Origin: an uncultured Acidimicrobiia bacterium
GTDB lineage: Bacteria > Actinomycetota > Acidimicrobiia > Spongiisociales > UBA5794
Length of the DNA: 64,000 nt
NCBI GenBank assembly: GCA_963823505.1
Contig: CAWGLY010000005.1
Span: 1,438,174 to 1,502,173, forward strand
Direction: 5' to 3'
The notes under the pieces were generated by a model that did not search any database, was not told the origin of the DNA, and worked only from the letters and a program-made list of their open reading frames with translations. A program made the translations under genes and the position numbers. This document shows positions 29,407 through 38,608 of the stretch, piece after piece. Position 1 is the first letter of the stretch, and each line of letters starts with the position of its first letter.

Positions 29407-30017
29407 TTCAACGTCCTCCACCCGTCGTGCGGTGCTGCAGCCGCAGCGGCAACAGCAGCCGGACGGGCCCCACGTGACAGATGGTCGCCAGAACATGTGC
29501 GAGCCCGGACCTGTCAGTAACAACCCGAAGGTCGCAACTGCGGCACGGGCCTCTTAGGACGAACCCTCAGCGTTTTCGAAGCGCCTCTGGCCTACAAAGG
29601 CGCAAAACCCATCGAAGTCCTCTATCCGTACGTCCCCCCAATCGGTAAAGCTCTCCGTATTGAGTGGATTCCTGGCCAGCGCGAGGACGGGGACACCAGT
29701 GTTGGAGGTTCGGACGCTTCGACCGTTGCCTTCCGAGGGGCGGCTCAGCCAGTTCGCTCTCGGAGACCTCACGGCTCCGGGGCTCCACGTGGTCCACGCC
29801 CCTCCCGGGTGCGTCGTCTCAGAAGACGCTGCCGCGGTCCTGGACGCAATCAACGGCCGGCCCGCTTGGGTTCGCCTATCCCGTCTCGATCAACACCCCG
29901 GGGTAGGGAATCTCAGTGAGCAACCCTGGGGAGATTCACATGAGCGTGGTCACGCACAAGACCGTGACTGCGGAAGGGCACCTATTCGCTGGCATACATG
30001 CTTGACTCACGGATCCT

Positions 30018-31268
30018 CTAGCTGGGGTCCCAGAGTGAGGCGACGGGTGTGGCGGTGATGCGGTTGCCGAACGAGTGGGTGTGGGTGCCGGTATAGAGGA
30101 TGAATCCGTGGATGAACTGGTCGCAGAGCTTGTCGCGGAGCCACACGAGATGGCGGACGTCTCGCTGGCTGACAGTTGCGCCGATCTTGACCTCGACAGC
30201 GACGATGCGGCCGTCGCCGTGTTCGAGGATCAGGTCGATCTCGATCCCGGAACGATCCCGGAAGTGATATGGCCTCACCTCGTCGTCTGCCCACGAGAGC
30301 TGTTTGGCGATCTCGTTTACGACGAATGTCTCGAGCAGCGGACCTCGGGCGGGGTCGAGCGGGTTGGCCAGCGCTGCCGATGTCTTGCCGAGGAGGGCGG
30401 CAGCGAGCCCGGTGTCGGTGAGATACATCTTGGGGTGCTTCTTCACCTTGGCGGTCAAGTTGCGGGACCACGCCGGGATGCGATGGATCAGGTAGATCAT
30501 CTCCAGATATGAGACGTAGTCGGCGGTGGTGTCGAGTGCGCCGAGTCCCACGTCACGGTGCACCGAAGCCATCACCAACTCGCTCGAGGTCCGTGCCGCA
30601 AGCGCTCTCAGCAAGCGGGGGAGCTGGTCGGCCTTGCGGGCACCGGTCAACTCGGTGACGTCTCGCTGGATGAGGGTGCGCAGATAGTTCGAGAACCAGC
30701 GTCCCCGCACTCCGGAGGGCAGAGCGACTGCATCCGGGTAGCCCCCGGCGCAGAGACGATCGAGGTAGCCGCGAGTGGTGAGGTCGCAGGGCCGGTTGGC
30801 GCGGATCGCCGTGGCATCGCTGAAGGCGAGTTGCGCAAACGAGTCGTCGGTGCCGTGAATCTCGCCTTGGGAGAACGGCCATAGATCCAACAGGACGGCC
30901 CGCCCCGCCAGTGACTCCGAAATGGTGGGTACGGTGAGGAAGTCTGCGGACCCGTCCAAAAGGAACTGCCCCGGTGTGGGGTCCTCGTCCACCGCAAGCT
31001 TGATCGCCCGTACCAACGGGTCACCGCCACGCTGGATCTCATCGATCACGATGGGGCGATCCCCGAACGACACGAACCCCCGCGGGTCGGCCACGGCCGC
31101 CTGCAGCGTCACGTCATCATCGAGGCGATGAAACGTACCCTGGCCCTCGGTCAGGGACCGCACCAAGGTGGTCTTTCCAGCCTGGCGGGGCCCGGCCACA
31201 ACCACCACACGAGAGAACTCCAGCGCTTCCCGTACCAACGGGCCCAGCCGACGCTCCGTATAGACCAC
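30018..31268 (-). CDS. AAA+ ATPase (AAA_14) with DUF4143 / PD-(D/E)xK-like C-terminus
   Basis: GPRQAGKT Walker A, IDEIQ Walker B, ESLAGR, PKMYLTDTGL, EIDLILE..VAVEVK. Confidence 0.92.
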   Translation of the reverse strand: MVYTERRLGPLVREALEFSRVVVVAGPRQAGKTTLVRSLTEGQGTFHRLDDDVTLQAAVADPRGFVSFGDRPIVIDEIQRGGDPLVRAIKLAVDEDPTPGQFLLDGSADFLTVPTISESLAGRAVLLDLWPFSQGEIHGTDDSFAQLAFSDATAIRANRPCDLTTRGYLDRLCAGGYPDAVALPSGVRGRWFSNYLRTLIQRDVTELTGARKADQLPRLLRALAARTSSELVMASVHRDVGLGALDTTADYVSYLEMIYLIHRIPAWSRNLTAKVKKHPKMYLTDTGLAAALLGKTSAALANPLDPARGPLLETFVVNEIAKQLSWADDEVRPYHFRDRSGIEIDLILEHGDGRIVAVEVKIGATVSQRDVRHLVWLRDKLCDQFIHGFILYTGTHTHSFGNRITATPVASLWDPS

Positions 31269-31288
31269 GACGTCGCCCCCAATGCTCG

Positions 31289-31366
31289 GATCCGTCCAGC
31301 CTTTGGCAGCATGATCGTCCCCACACTACCAGTAGATTCGTCCCCGAACTAGTAGAAGGAACGTCC
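31289..31366. repeat. Degenerate 23-bp periodic direct repeats
   Basis: CGTCC cores at 31293, 31316, 31339 and 31362; units 2 and 3 share TCGTCCCC...ACTA..AG.A. Confidence 0.6.
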
Positions 31367-31523
31367 GGCACAGCAGGTCGACTCAGCGAACTTCGACGTC
31401 GATAAGACGCTGTTGTGGCAGCGCTGAGCGCGGCGCCGATGAAATGTGGGGGCGCCTGATTCGTTGCGCCGTCTCGGGCCAATGCCTCGAGGACGCGTAC
31501 TGCCGTCAGCGGCGCCGGCCGGC

Positions 31524-32135
31524 TCAGTCGCCCCAGTAGCGCTGCTCTTTGAAAGGGTCGCCGTACATGTGGTAGCCGTTGCGCTCCCAGAACCCCGGTT
31601 CGTCGTGGTCGAGCACCGCGAAGCCGCGGACCCACTTGACCGACTTCCAGAAGTACAGGTGCGGGACCACGAGGCGCAGTGGGTAGCCGTGGTCGAGGTC
31701 GAGGGGCTTGCCGTCGTAGGTGTGAGCGAACAGATTGCCGTCGCGCAGGAAGTCTTCGACGGGCAGGTTGGCCGTGAAGCCGTGGTACGCCTTCACCAGG
31801 ACGTGCGTCGCCGAAGGGTCGGCGTCCATCTGGTCCCAGACGTCCTTGACCGGGACTCCCGACCACTCGGTGTCGAGCTTCGTCCATTTGGTCACGCAGT
31901 GGATGTCGGCCGTGGTGGCTGACGACGGCATCGCCTTGAACTCCTCCCACGACCAGGTGCGTTCGGCACCGACGAGCCCGTCTACGGTGAAGTCCCACGT
32001 CGCCAGATCGACCTTGGGGACCACTCCTGCGTGCAGTACAGGGAAGCGCTCGGTCATGTACTGGCCGGAAGGAACACGATCGGGGTCGATGCCCTTGGCG
32101 ACCAATTCCTCGCGCTTGCGGGTGAAGAAGCTCAT
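31524..32135 (-). CDS. Sulfite oxidase-like molybdopterin-binding oxidoreductase
   Basis: DIHCVTKWT, HGYPLRLVVP.LYFWKSVKWV, PGFWERNGYH. Confidence 0.92.
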   Translation of the reverse strand: MSFFTRKREELVAKGIDPDRVPSGQYMTERFPVLHAGVVPKVDLATWDFTVDGLVGAERTWSWEEFKAMPSSATTADIHCVTKWTKLDTEWSGVPVKDVWDQMDADPSATHVLVKAYHGFTANLPVEDFLRDGNLFAHTYDGKPLDLDHGYPLRLVVPHLYFWKSVKWVRGFAVLDHDEPGFWERNGYHMYGDPFKEQRYWGD

Positions 32136-32226
32136 GATGCGATCGTACCCTCGCCCGGTGATCCGGCCGCGGTCAACCCTCCGGGCTGCCGACTTGCTCG
32201 CCGGCAGGGCTAACGTTTTTCGAACC

Positions 32227-32862
32227 ATGCCCACCAACACCGACTCTCCCACCGATGCCGAGACTCGCCCACGTGCGACCGGCCGGGCACGGCGGATCGG
32301 AATCATGGCCATCGTGCTGATCGTCGCAGGGGGTGTCGGCTGGCTGCTGTCTCGGGACGCCGACGCCGAGCCACCGGCGACCGGGGCACTGGACGCTGCG
32401 CCATCCCTCCAGGATCTGGCCGCATCGGGCGAGGGTACCCCGCAGAACGAGGACGTCGCCCCAGACTTCTCGGTGCGCACGATCGGCGGAGGAGCCTTCA
32501 CCCTCTCCGATCACCTGGCGGCCGACGGCAGGCCTGTGATCCTCAACCTGTGGGCGTCGTGGTGCTTCCCTTGCCGAGCGGAGATGCCGGCCATCGACGC
32601 CTTCGCCGCCGCTCACCCCGAGATCGAGGTCGTAGGGGTCTCGGTGCAAGACGATCCGGTAGCCGCAGAGGACTTCGTCGCGGAGATCGGAGTCACCTAC
32701 ACGATCGGTCATGACGAGAAGAACGAAGTGAACGACACGTACCGTCCGCTCGGGCTTCCTGCCACGTTCCTCATCTCGGCTGACGGGGTGATCGTCAAGC
32801 GACTCTTCGGCGGCGTCACCGAGGAGTCCCTGGAGGCCGACCTCGTTCTGTTCTCAGGCTGA
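32227..32862 (+). CDS. TlpA/ResA-like membrane-anchored thiol-disulfide oxidoreductase
   Basis: TM anchor, APDF, NLWASWCFPCRAEMP, GLPATF. Confidence 0.9.
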   Translation: MPTNTDSPTDAETRPRATGRARRIGIMAIVLIVAGGVGWLLSRDADAEPPATGALDAAPSLQDLAASGEGTPQNEDVAPDFSVRTIGGGAFTLSDHLAADGRPVILNLWASWCFPCRAEMPAIDAFAAAHPEIEVVGVSVQDDPVAAEDFVAEIGVTYTIGHDEKNEVNDTYRPLGLPATFLISADGVIVKRLFGGVTEESLEADLVLFSG

Positions 32863-33072
32863 AGGTTCCAGCCGGGCGAGCAGATCGCCGTCGTCGACGG
32901 CTTGACCCTCTTCAACCGCAACCTCCACGACTGTGCCGTGACACGGCGCCGGCACAGGGATCTCCATCTTCATCGACTCGAGGATGACGAGGACCGCTCC
33001 CTCGCCGACAGCATCGCCAACCTCGACGGGGATGCGCCACACCGTGGCAAGCATGTCGCAGCGGATATCCAA
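32854..33072 (-). CDS. Stand-alone biotin/lipoyl carrier protein
   Basis: LESMKMEIPV biotinylation motif, 72 aa. Confidence 0.88.
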   Translation of the reverse strand: MDIRCDMLATVWRIPVEVGDAVGEGAVLVILESMKMEIPVPAPCHGTVVEVAVEEGQAVDDGDLLARLEPSA

Positions 33073-33156
33073 CGCAGCCTCCGTATCCGATCCAAGTACG
33101 CGCTGCCGCTCGGTAGCTGACGTGCGGTTCGGACAGGGCCAGCTAACGTCCAGGAC

Positions 33157-33717
33157 ATGGCGTGGGTGGTGTTCGTCCTGATCCTATCGGTCATCGTTGG
33201 TGCCGTGCGTGGCGGCCGCCTCGTGAACCTCCTGGACGTGGAAGCCCGCGCCTGGTGGCTGTTGCTCATCGGCCTCACCCTGCAGCTGGTCGCCGGGCTG
33301 CTGCCGGCGTCGAACCGCACGCTGGCCGTGTCATTGCTGCTGCTCTCCTACATCCCAATCCTGGCCATGGTCGCGATGAACCGACACGCCCCAGGTATGT
33401 GGATCGCGGGCATCGGGATTCTCATGAACTTCATCGTCATCGGGTTGAACGGTGGCATGCCCGTGCTTGCAGCATCCGTCGACATCGCAGGCGGCAACCC
33501 CGACGCGGTCCTCAGCGGCAAGCACGTCGTGCTCGACAACGCCACCCGGCTGCCGTTCCTCGGCGACATCATCCCGCTGCCGGGAAGCGTGATCTCGATG
33601 GGCGACGTGTTTCTGGCCATCGGCCTCGGCGTGTTCACCGAGGAACAGATGCGCATCCGCCCCCGGTTGTTCCGCCACGGGGTCCATGGCGAGGCAGGCT
33701 CCGCCGCCGAGCGGTAG
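33157..33717 (+). CDS. DUF5317 family membrane protein
   Basis: RGGRLVNL, GILMNFIVIGLNGGMPV, H....TRLPFLGDIIP..SVISMGDV are recognisable DUF5317 signatures. Confidence 0.85.
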   Translation: MAWVVFVLILSVIVGAVRGGRLVNLLDVEARAWWLLLIGLTLQLVAGLLPASNRTLAVSLLLLSYIPILAMVAMNRHAPGMWIAGIGILMNFIVIGLNGGMPVLAASVDIAGGNPDAVLSGKHVVLDNATRLPFLGDIIPLPGSVISMGDVFLAIGLGVFTEEQMRIRPRLFRHGVHGEAGSAAER

Positions 33718-33750
33718 CGGCCGGGCGTGGGAGCCCCGCACGACGCTCGG

Positions 33751-34440
33751 TCAGCAGTCCGCTGATGCGGTGACGGCGCCGAGGGCGGCCGTGATGTTCG
33801 GGTAGTGCGCCCAGGCCGCCACATCGAGGCGCGACGCCTCCTCAGCGGAAGCCTCCGGGCACGACGTGGCCGCTTCGTAGGCGTCGGCGACGTCCAGGAT
33901 GGCCCTGAGCTCGCCCGATGCGTCGGGACCGACCAATTCGGCAACCGCCTCCAGGCGGGGCGACGAGGCCACGATGTCACGACTCCACCTGGCGGCGGCC
34001 TCATCATCGAAACCTCGACGAACATGAGGCGCTTCGTCGCGACCCACTCGCCCGACATGGCGGCAACGGGCAGCCGCCTCCAGCAGGGCCACATCGGTGC
34101 CGGTGAGGTTCAGCTCCCGTCCCAACTGCACGACGAGCTGCGCGGTTCGTTCAGCTCGACCGGCCGCCACCGACCCGTCGAGCTCCGGGAGCCGCCCGAG
34201 CGCAGTCACCAACTCGGCATACGTGGTGTGAGCCGTGGTGGACCTGGTGAAGGCCATGAAGCCTGCGGCATACACGACCACCGCGACGAGCGCGGCCCAC
34301 CATCCCAGTCGAGGAACGGCGAACACGAACACTGCGGCCAGTGCAGGCAGTCCAACGATCACCGGCCAGTCATCCCGCGCCATCAAGGTCGCAAACGGCG
34401 TGAAGATCTCGGTTGCGGCCATCTCAGTGTCATCGAGCAT
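33751..34440 (-). CDS. Membrane protein with degenerate HD-GYP-like domain
   Basis: 2-3 TM segments, then ALGRLPE..G...GRAERTA, RHVGRV (HD lost), ILDVADAYE; overlaps the upstream HD-GYP stop. Confidence 0.7.
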   Translation of the reverse strand: MLDDTEMAATEIFTPFATLMARDDWPVIVGLPALAAVFVFAVPRLGWWAALVAVVVYAAGFMAFTRSTTAHTTYAELVTALGRLPELDGSVAAGRAERTAQLVVQLGRELNLTGTDVALLEAAARCRHVGRVGRDEAPHVRRGFDDEAAARWSRDIVASSPRLEAVAELVGPDASGELRAILDVADAYEAATSCPEASAEEASRLDVAAWAHYPNITAALGAVTASADC

Positions 34441-35734
34441 GGATGGCCTGCCCTTCGGTCACGCGCTCTGCAGCGGCGGGTCGCACGGCGCGCTGCGTCT
34501 CTGCGCTGTTGCGGGCCTCCTCGTCTGAGGCGAATCCATCGGCATCGGCGAGGATCTCCGACGCGGTCATGGCAGCCACGAAGACTTCCACCACGTCGGG
34601 ATCGAACTGGGTATTGCTGCACCGCCGCAGCTCCTCGAACGCATACTCGCGACTCAGCGCGGCCCGGTATGGGCGATGAGTGGTCATCGCATCGAAGGAA
34701 TCGGCCACGGCGAGAATTCGTGCCTCGATCGAGAGCGGGCCGGAGGCTTCCCCGTACCCGCCACCGTCGAAGTGGATGTGGTGCTCGGCGATGATCGGCA
34801 CGACCGAGTCGAGGAAGCCGATGCCGGCCAGTACCTCGGGCACCACGTCCGCATGGTGCTGGATGCGGCAGTATTCGTCGCCGGTCAGCCGGCCGTTCTT
34901 CCGCAACAGATGACGAGGGGTCACCACCTTGCCGACGTCGTGCAGGAGCGCGGCAACTTCGAGCCGGTCGACCTGAGCGGCTGAGAGCCCCATGTGCTTG
35001 CCGGCAAACCGGGCGTACCTGGCAACTCGTTCGGCGTGGCCCCTGGTGTAGAGGTCCTTCGCCTCGAGCGCAATCAGCAGGCTGCGCACCGTTCCAACCC
35101 TGGCCCTGTGCACTTCGCGGCGCGCCGACTCCGCAGCCATCAAGATGGCCAGCGCAGCAATTACTGCGGGCAGGGTGAGGGTGCCCACCTCGGCCACCAT
35201 CTCACCGAGCAGGGCAGCACCGAGCCCGAGAGCCGCCGCCTCGAGAATCTCGACGAAGAGCGGATGGTGGGCTGCCGGATGGGAGGCGCGGCCTCGCGTC
35301 ACCCAATCGAGCGCCGCAGCGAGGGTACGTGCGACAGCTCCCGCCACCGCGCCTGCCGTCGCAATCGCTACGGTTGAAGACTCTGGAAGCACGGCGAGGG
35401 CAACCGCAAACACGACGATCGGCAGCACGTGGGCGGCGATGCGAGCGATGGTCCGCTTCCAGTGCCGAATGACCTCGGGCACGCCGGACACGAGCAGCGA
35501 GACCGCAACCATCAGCACGGCCTGTGTAGGACCGAAGGCGGCCGCAGCTCCAAGAGCGACGATCCATCCTGGCCCCGGCCGGCGCCGCGAACGGAGCTCG
35601 ACGGCGGCGTACAACGCGGAGAGCGACAATGCGACCCACACCGATGCTGCAGGATCACCTGTCGTGATGATCGCGGTGGCGGCGAGCGCGCCGATACCAC
35701 CCAGAGCGATCCGAGTATTCGAGACCTGAGCCAT
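34430..35734 (-). CDS. Multi-TM HD-GYP domain phosphodiesterase
   Basis: KDLYTRGHAERVA, LLHDVGK, HHIHFDGGGYG, ARILAVADSFDAMTTHRPYR, QFDP. Hydrophobic N-terminal half. Start uncertain (35734 or 35770). Confidence 0.9.
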   Translation of the reverse strand: MAQVSNTRIALGGIGALAATAIITTGDPAASVWVALSLSALYAAVELRSRRRPGPGWIVALGAAAAFGPTQAVLMVAVSLLVSGVPEVIRHWKRTIARIAAHVLPIVVFAVALAVLPESSTVAIATAGAVAGAVARTLAAALDWVTRGRASHPAAHHPLFVEILEAAALGLGAALLGEMVAEVGTLTLPAVIAALAILMAAESARREVHRARVGTVRSLLIALEAKDLYTRGHAERVARYARFAGKHMGLSAAQVDRLEVAALLHDVGKVVTPRHLLRKNGRLTGDEYCRIQHHADVVPEVLAGIGFLDSVVPIIAEHHIHFDGGGYGEASGPLSIEARILAVADSFDAMTTHRPYRAALSREYAFEELRRCSNTQFDPDVVEVFVAAMTASEILADADGFASDEEARNSAETQRAVRPAAAERVTEGQAIHAR

Positions 35735-35742
35735 GGCTGTCC

Positions 35743-35760
35743 CTACGGCCACCACTCCAT
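35743..35760 (-). other. Putative micro-ORF MEWWP upstream of the HD-GYP gene
   Basis: ATG GAG TGG TGG CCG TAG, with GGAGGGG 10 nt upstream and the stop 8 nt before the HD-GYP ATG; the frame also stays open back to a GTG at 35883. Confidence 0.35.
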
Positions 35761-35959
35761 CTCTGCGCATCCCCTCCAGCCAAAGGGCGCAGTTGCCCGG
35801 CACCCTCGTGCCGAAGCCGATGTCAGATGACCTGCTTGCGTGTCGTGTACACGCCCTGCCCGCCGCTCTTTTGAGCGTTCCACCCGGGACGGGGATGCCC
35901 GAAGGCATTCCTCTGCCCGTAACCTACCTCAGCAATCCCGATAGGCAAGGAATTCGTCG

Positions 35960-37573
35960 ATGCCCGACCAAGCTCCACCCGACCGCCACCCGGCTGCGCC
36001 CCTCGTTGCGACGGGATCCCTCACCACGGCAGCGGCCGTGACGACCCATCATCTGGCGACCGACGCAGCCGTAGACACGATGCGGAGGGGCGGCAACGCC
36101 GTCGATGCTGCGGTCGCGGCGAACGCGGTGCTTGCGGTGGTCCGACCGGACACCTGCGGTCTCGGGGGCGATCTCTTCGCCCTCGTCCACGGGCCCGGAG
36201 AGCAGAGGCCGATGGCACTCAATGCATCGGGTCGCGCCGGGTCGGGCGTATCGGCCGCCGCGCTGCGGGAGGCGGGACACAACGCCATTCCACTTCGCAG
36301 TGCCGCCAGCGTGACCGTCCCGGGATGCGTCGACGGCTGGACGGCGCTCTTGCAGCGCCACGGGTCGCAGCCACTGGAGGCGGTGCTCGAACCAGCGCTC
36401 GACCTCGCTGCGCACGGATTTGAGGTCTCCGTCGAGCTGGCCGATTCGCTCGCACGCATCGAACCGATGATCGCCGATCGGCCGTCCGCCGCGGCGCTGT
36501 ATCCCGGCGGCGCACCGCCGCCGGCCGGCGCCGTCATCACCCGCCCCGACCTGGCGCGCACGCTCGAAGACCTGGCATCGGGTGGGCGCGACGCCTTCTT
36601 CGCCGGGGCCCCTGGCTTGGGAATCACGGCCGCCACCGACGGGGCGATCACCGCCGATGACCTCGCCGTCGACCAGGCCAGCTGGGTCGAGCCGCTGGGC
36701 CTGGGGCTGTATGGGCTCGAAGCGTGGACGGTCCCACCCAACAGTCAGGGCCACCTCTTCTTGACGTCGTCGTGGCTGGCCGAACGTGTCGCGACACCGG
36801 CGGACTTCTCCGACCCCGGCTACCACCACGCCCTCATCGAGGCGTACCGCGCCGTTGCGTGGGAGCGCGATTTGCTCACGACCGACCCGGCCACGATGCC
36901 CCTCGACGTTGACGACCTGGTCTCCGCAGCCAGGCTCGACTCCCGGCTATCGCGCATCCGCCCGGACAGCACCGCCTCGTGGCCCTCGAGCCGGCCCGCC
37001 CCCGGCGGAACCATGTACCTGTGTGTACGTGACCCGTCCGGTCTGGGTATCTCCCTCATCCAGTCGAACTTCCACGGCATCGGCTCCGGTCTCGACGCCG
37101 GAGCGACGGGAGTCTTCCTGCACAACCGTGGCGCAGGGTTCACGCTCGAACCGGGGCACCGCAACGAGTTGATGCCGGGACGCAGGCCGCTCCACACCCT
37201 GTCGCCGACACTCTGGACGCAGGATGCCTCGCTGCGGATGCTCCTCGGCACGAGGGGCGGCCAATACCAGCCGCAGTTCTTGCTGCAGCTTGCCTCGCAT
37301 CGGTTTGCTGCCGGTCTGCCGCTTGTCGAAGCCATGGCTGCGCCACGGTGGACCGTCGACCATTGGGGACCCGACGAACAGCACACGGTGAGCGTCGAGA
37401 GCCGGTACGCCGAGCACATCGTTGCGGGGCTGCGTCAGCGAGGACACACCGTCACGGCAGGCGGAGCCTGGGAGCAGGGGTGGGGACCCGTTGCGGTGAT
37501 CGAGATCGACGATTCGAGTATCACCGCATCCGGCGACCCTCGCGTCAGCACCTCGGGCGCCGGCACCGACTGA
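35960..37573 (+). CDS. ggt: Gamma-glutamyltransferase family protein
   Basis: GGNAVDAAVA, GLGGDLF, VTVPGCVDGW, PPNSQG, GGT nucleophile, HNRGAGF, RPLHTLSP, DPR. Confidence 0.9.
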   Translation: MPDQAPPDRHPAAPLVATGSLTTAAAVTTHHLATDAAVDTMRRGGNAVDAAVAANAVLAVVRPDTCGLGGDLFALVHGPGEQRPMALNASGRAGSGVSAAALREAGHNAIPLRSAASVTVPGCVDGWTALLQRHGSQPLEAVLEPALDLAAHGFEVSVELADSLARIEPMIADRPSAAALYPGGAPPPAGAVITRPDLARTLEDLASGGRDAFFAGAPGLGITAATDGAITADDLAVDQASWVEPLGLGLYGLEAWTVPPNSQGHLFLTSSWLAERVATPADFSDPGYHHALIEAYRAVAWERDLLTTDPATMPLDVDDLVSAARLDSRLSRIRPDSTASWPSSRPAPGGTMYLCVRDPSGLGISLIQSNFHGIGSGLDAGATGVFLHNRGAGFTLEPGHRNELMPGRRPLHTLSPTLWTQDASLRMLLGTRGGQYQPQFLLQLASHRFAAGLPLVEAMAAPRWTVDHWGPDEQHTVSVESRYAEHIVAGLRQRGHTVTAGGAWEQGWGPVAVIEIDDSSITASGDPRVSTSGAGTD

Positions 37574-37579
37574 AGGCCA

Positions 37580-38608
37580 TCACCGGACGAGGAACCCGGC
37601 GCCAAGCGGATCGGACGGGTCGATGAGGAATTCGTGGCGTCCCGTGATCCAGGCGCTGCCGGCGACCTCGGGGACAATGGCGTCCTGGGCCGCCACGTTG
37701 GTGGAGCGCACCACCCGTCCCCTGAACATCGTCCCGAGGATGCTCTCGATCATGATCGGCTCGTCGATGCCGAGATCGCCCCTGGCGTGGTGGATGGCGA
37801 GGCGGCCGCTGACACCCGTGCCCGTGGGGCTGCGATCCACCTCCCCCTCCGCAAACACACAGACGTTGCGGCTGTGCGATCCAGGGTCGCGGCCTGGACC
37901 CACGAAGATCGTGCCGTAGAGGAAGTTGAGACTCTCACCGCCGGCAGGATGCTCGATCGGGATCGACGCACTCACCGCGTTCTTGATGCGCCGCCCCAGA
38001 TCGACGATCCGCTCGACCTCCGCCGGTACCAGGTCGAGCCCGAACTGAATGGCGTCGACATAGGCGTAGAAGGCGCCACCAAACGCGACGTCGCACCGCA
38101 CACCGCCTACATCGGGCACGTCGACGACCGCGTTGTGGACCAGCACGAATGACGGCACGTTCTCGAACGCCACCTCTGTCGCTCTGCCGAGGGTGAGACG
38201 GGCAACCGCCGTGACCCGACCCGCGGGCGTGTCGATGCGCACGGTGGTCGTATCCCCGCCGGCTGGAAACCGGCCGGTCTCGATACCGACGGTGACCAGC
38301 GCGACTATGCCGTGGCCGCACATGGTGCTGAAGCCCTCGTTGTGGAGAAACAGCACCCCGACGTCGCCGTCATCTGTCACCGGCTCGGTGAGGAGGCATC
38401 CGTACATGTCGGCATGGCCTCGTGGCTCCCACATCAGCGCCTGCCGAAGTGAGTCCAACTCGCGCATGGCGTACTCGCGTTTGGCGAGGATCGTGGCGCC
38501 TCGAGGCTCGGCCACACCGGAGGTGATGATCCGCAGCGGCTCACCGGCGGTGTGGGCATCGATCGTCGTGATGCGCTGCCAGGCATCGGGTGGCGACCAA
38601 GAGCTCAT
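37580..38608 (-). CDS. Proline racemase family protein, Cys/Thr type (likely trans-3-hydroxy-L-proline dehydratase)
   Basis: DAHTAGEPLR, EPRGHADMYG, MCGHG, DRSPTGTG; SD GGAGG. Confidence 0.88.
   Translation of the reverse strand: MSSWSPPDAWQRITTIDAHTAGEPLRIITSGVAEPRGATILAKREYAMRELDSLRQALMWEPRGHADMYGCLLTEPVTDDGDVGVLFLHNEGFSTMCGHGIVALVTVGIETGRFPAGGDTTTVRIDTPAGRVTAVARLTLGRATEVAFENVPSFVLVHNAVVDVPDVGGVRCDVAFGGAFYAYVDAIQFGLDLVPAEVERIVDLGRRIKNAVSASIPIEHPAGGESLNFLYGTIFVGPGRDPGSHSRNVCVFAEGEVDRSPTGTGVSGRLAIHHARGDLGIDEPIMIESILGTMFRGRVVRSTNVAAQDAIVPEVAGSAWITGRHEFLIDPSDPLGAGFLVR

Noticed and set aside
31289-31366. Possible CRISPR array
   Set aside because: The 23-bp period is too short for repeat plus spacer, the units are degenerate, and there are no cas genes. 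No CRISPR array was seen anywhere in the window.
35735-35959. c-di-GMP riboswitch in the HD-GYP leader
   Set aside because: Hairpins are present, but the GEMM consensus (GGCAAAC..GAAA..GACGCAAAG) is not recognisable. An Infernal search would be needed to exclude it fully.
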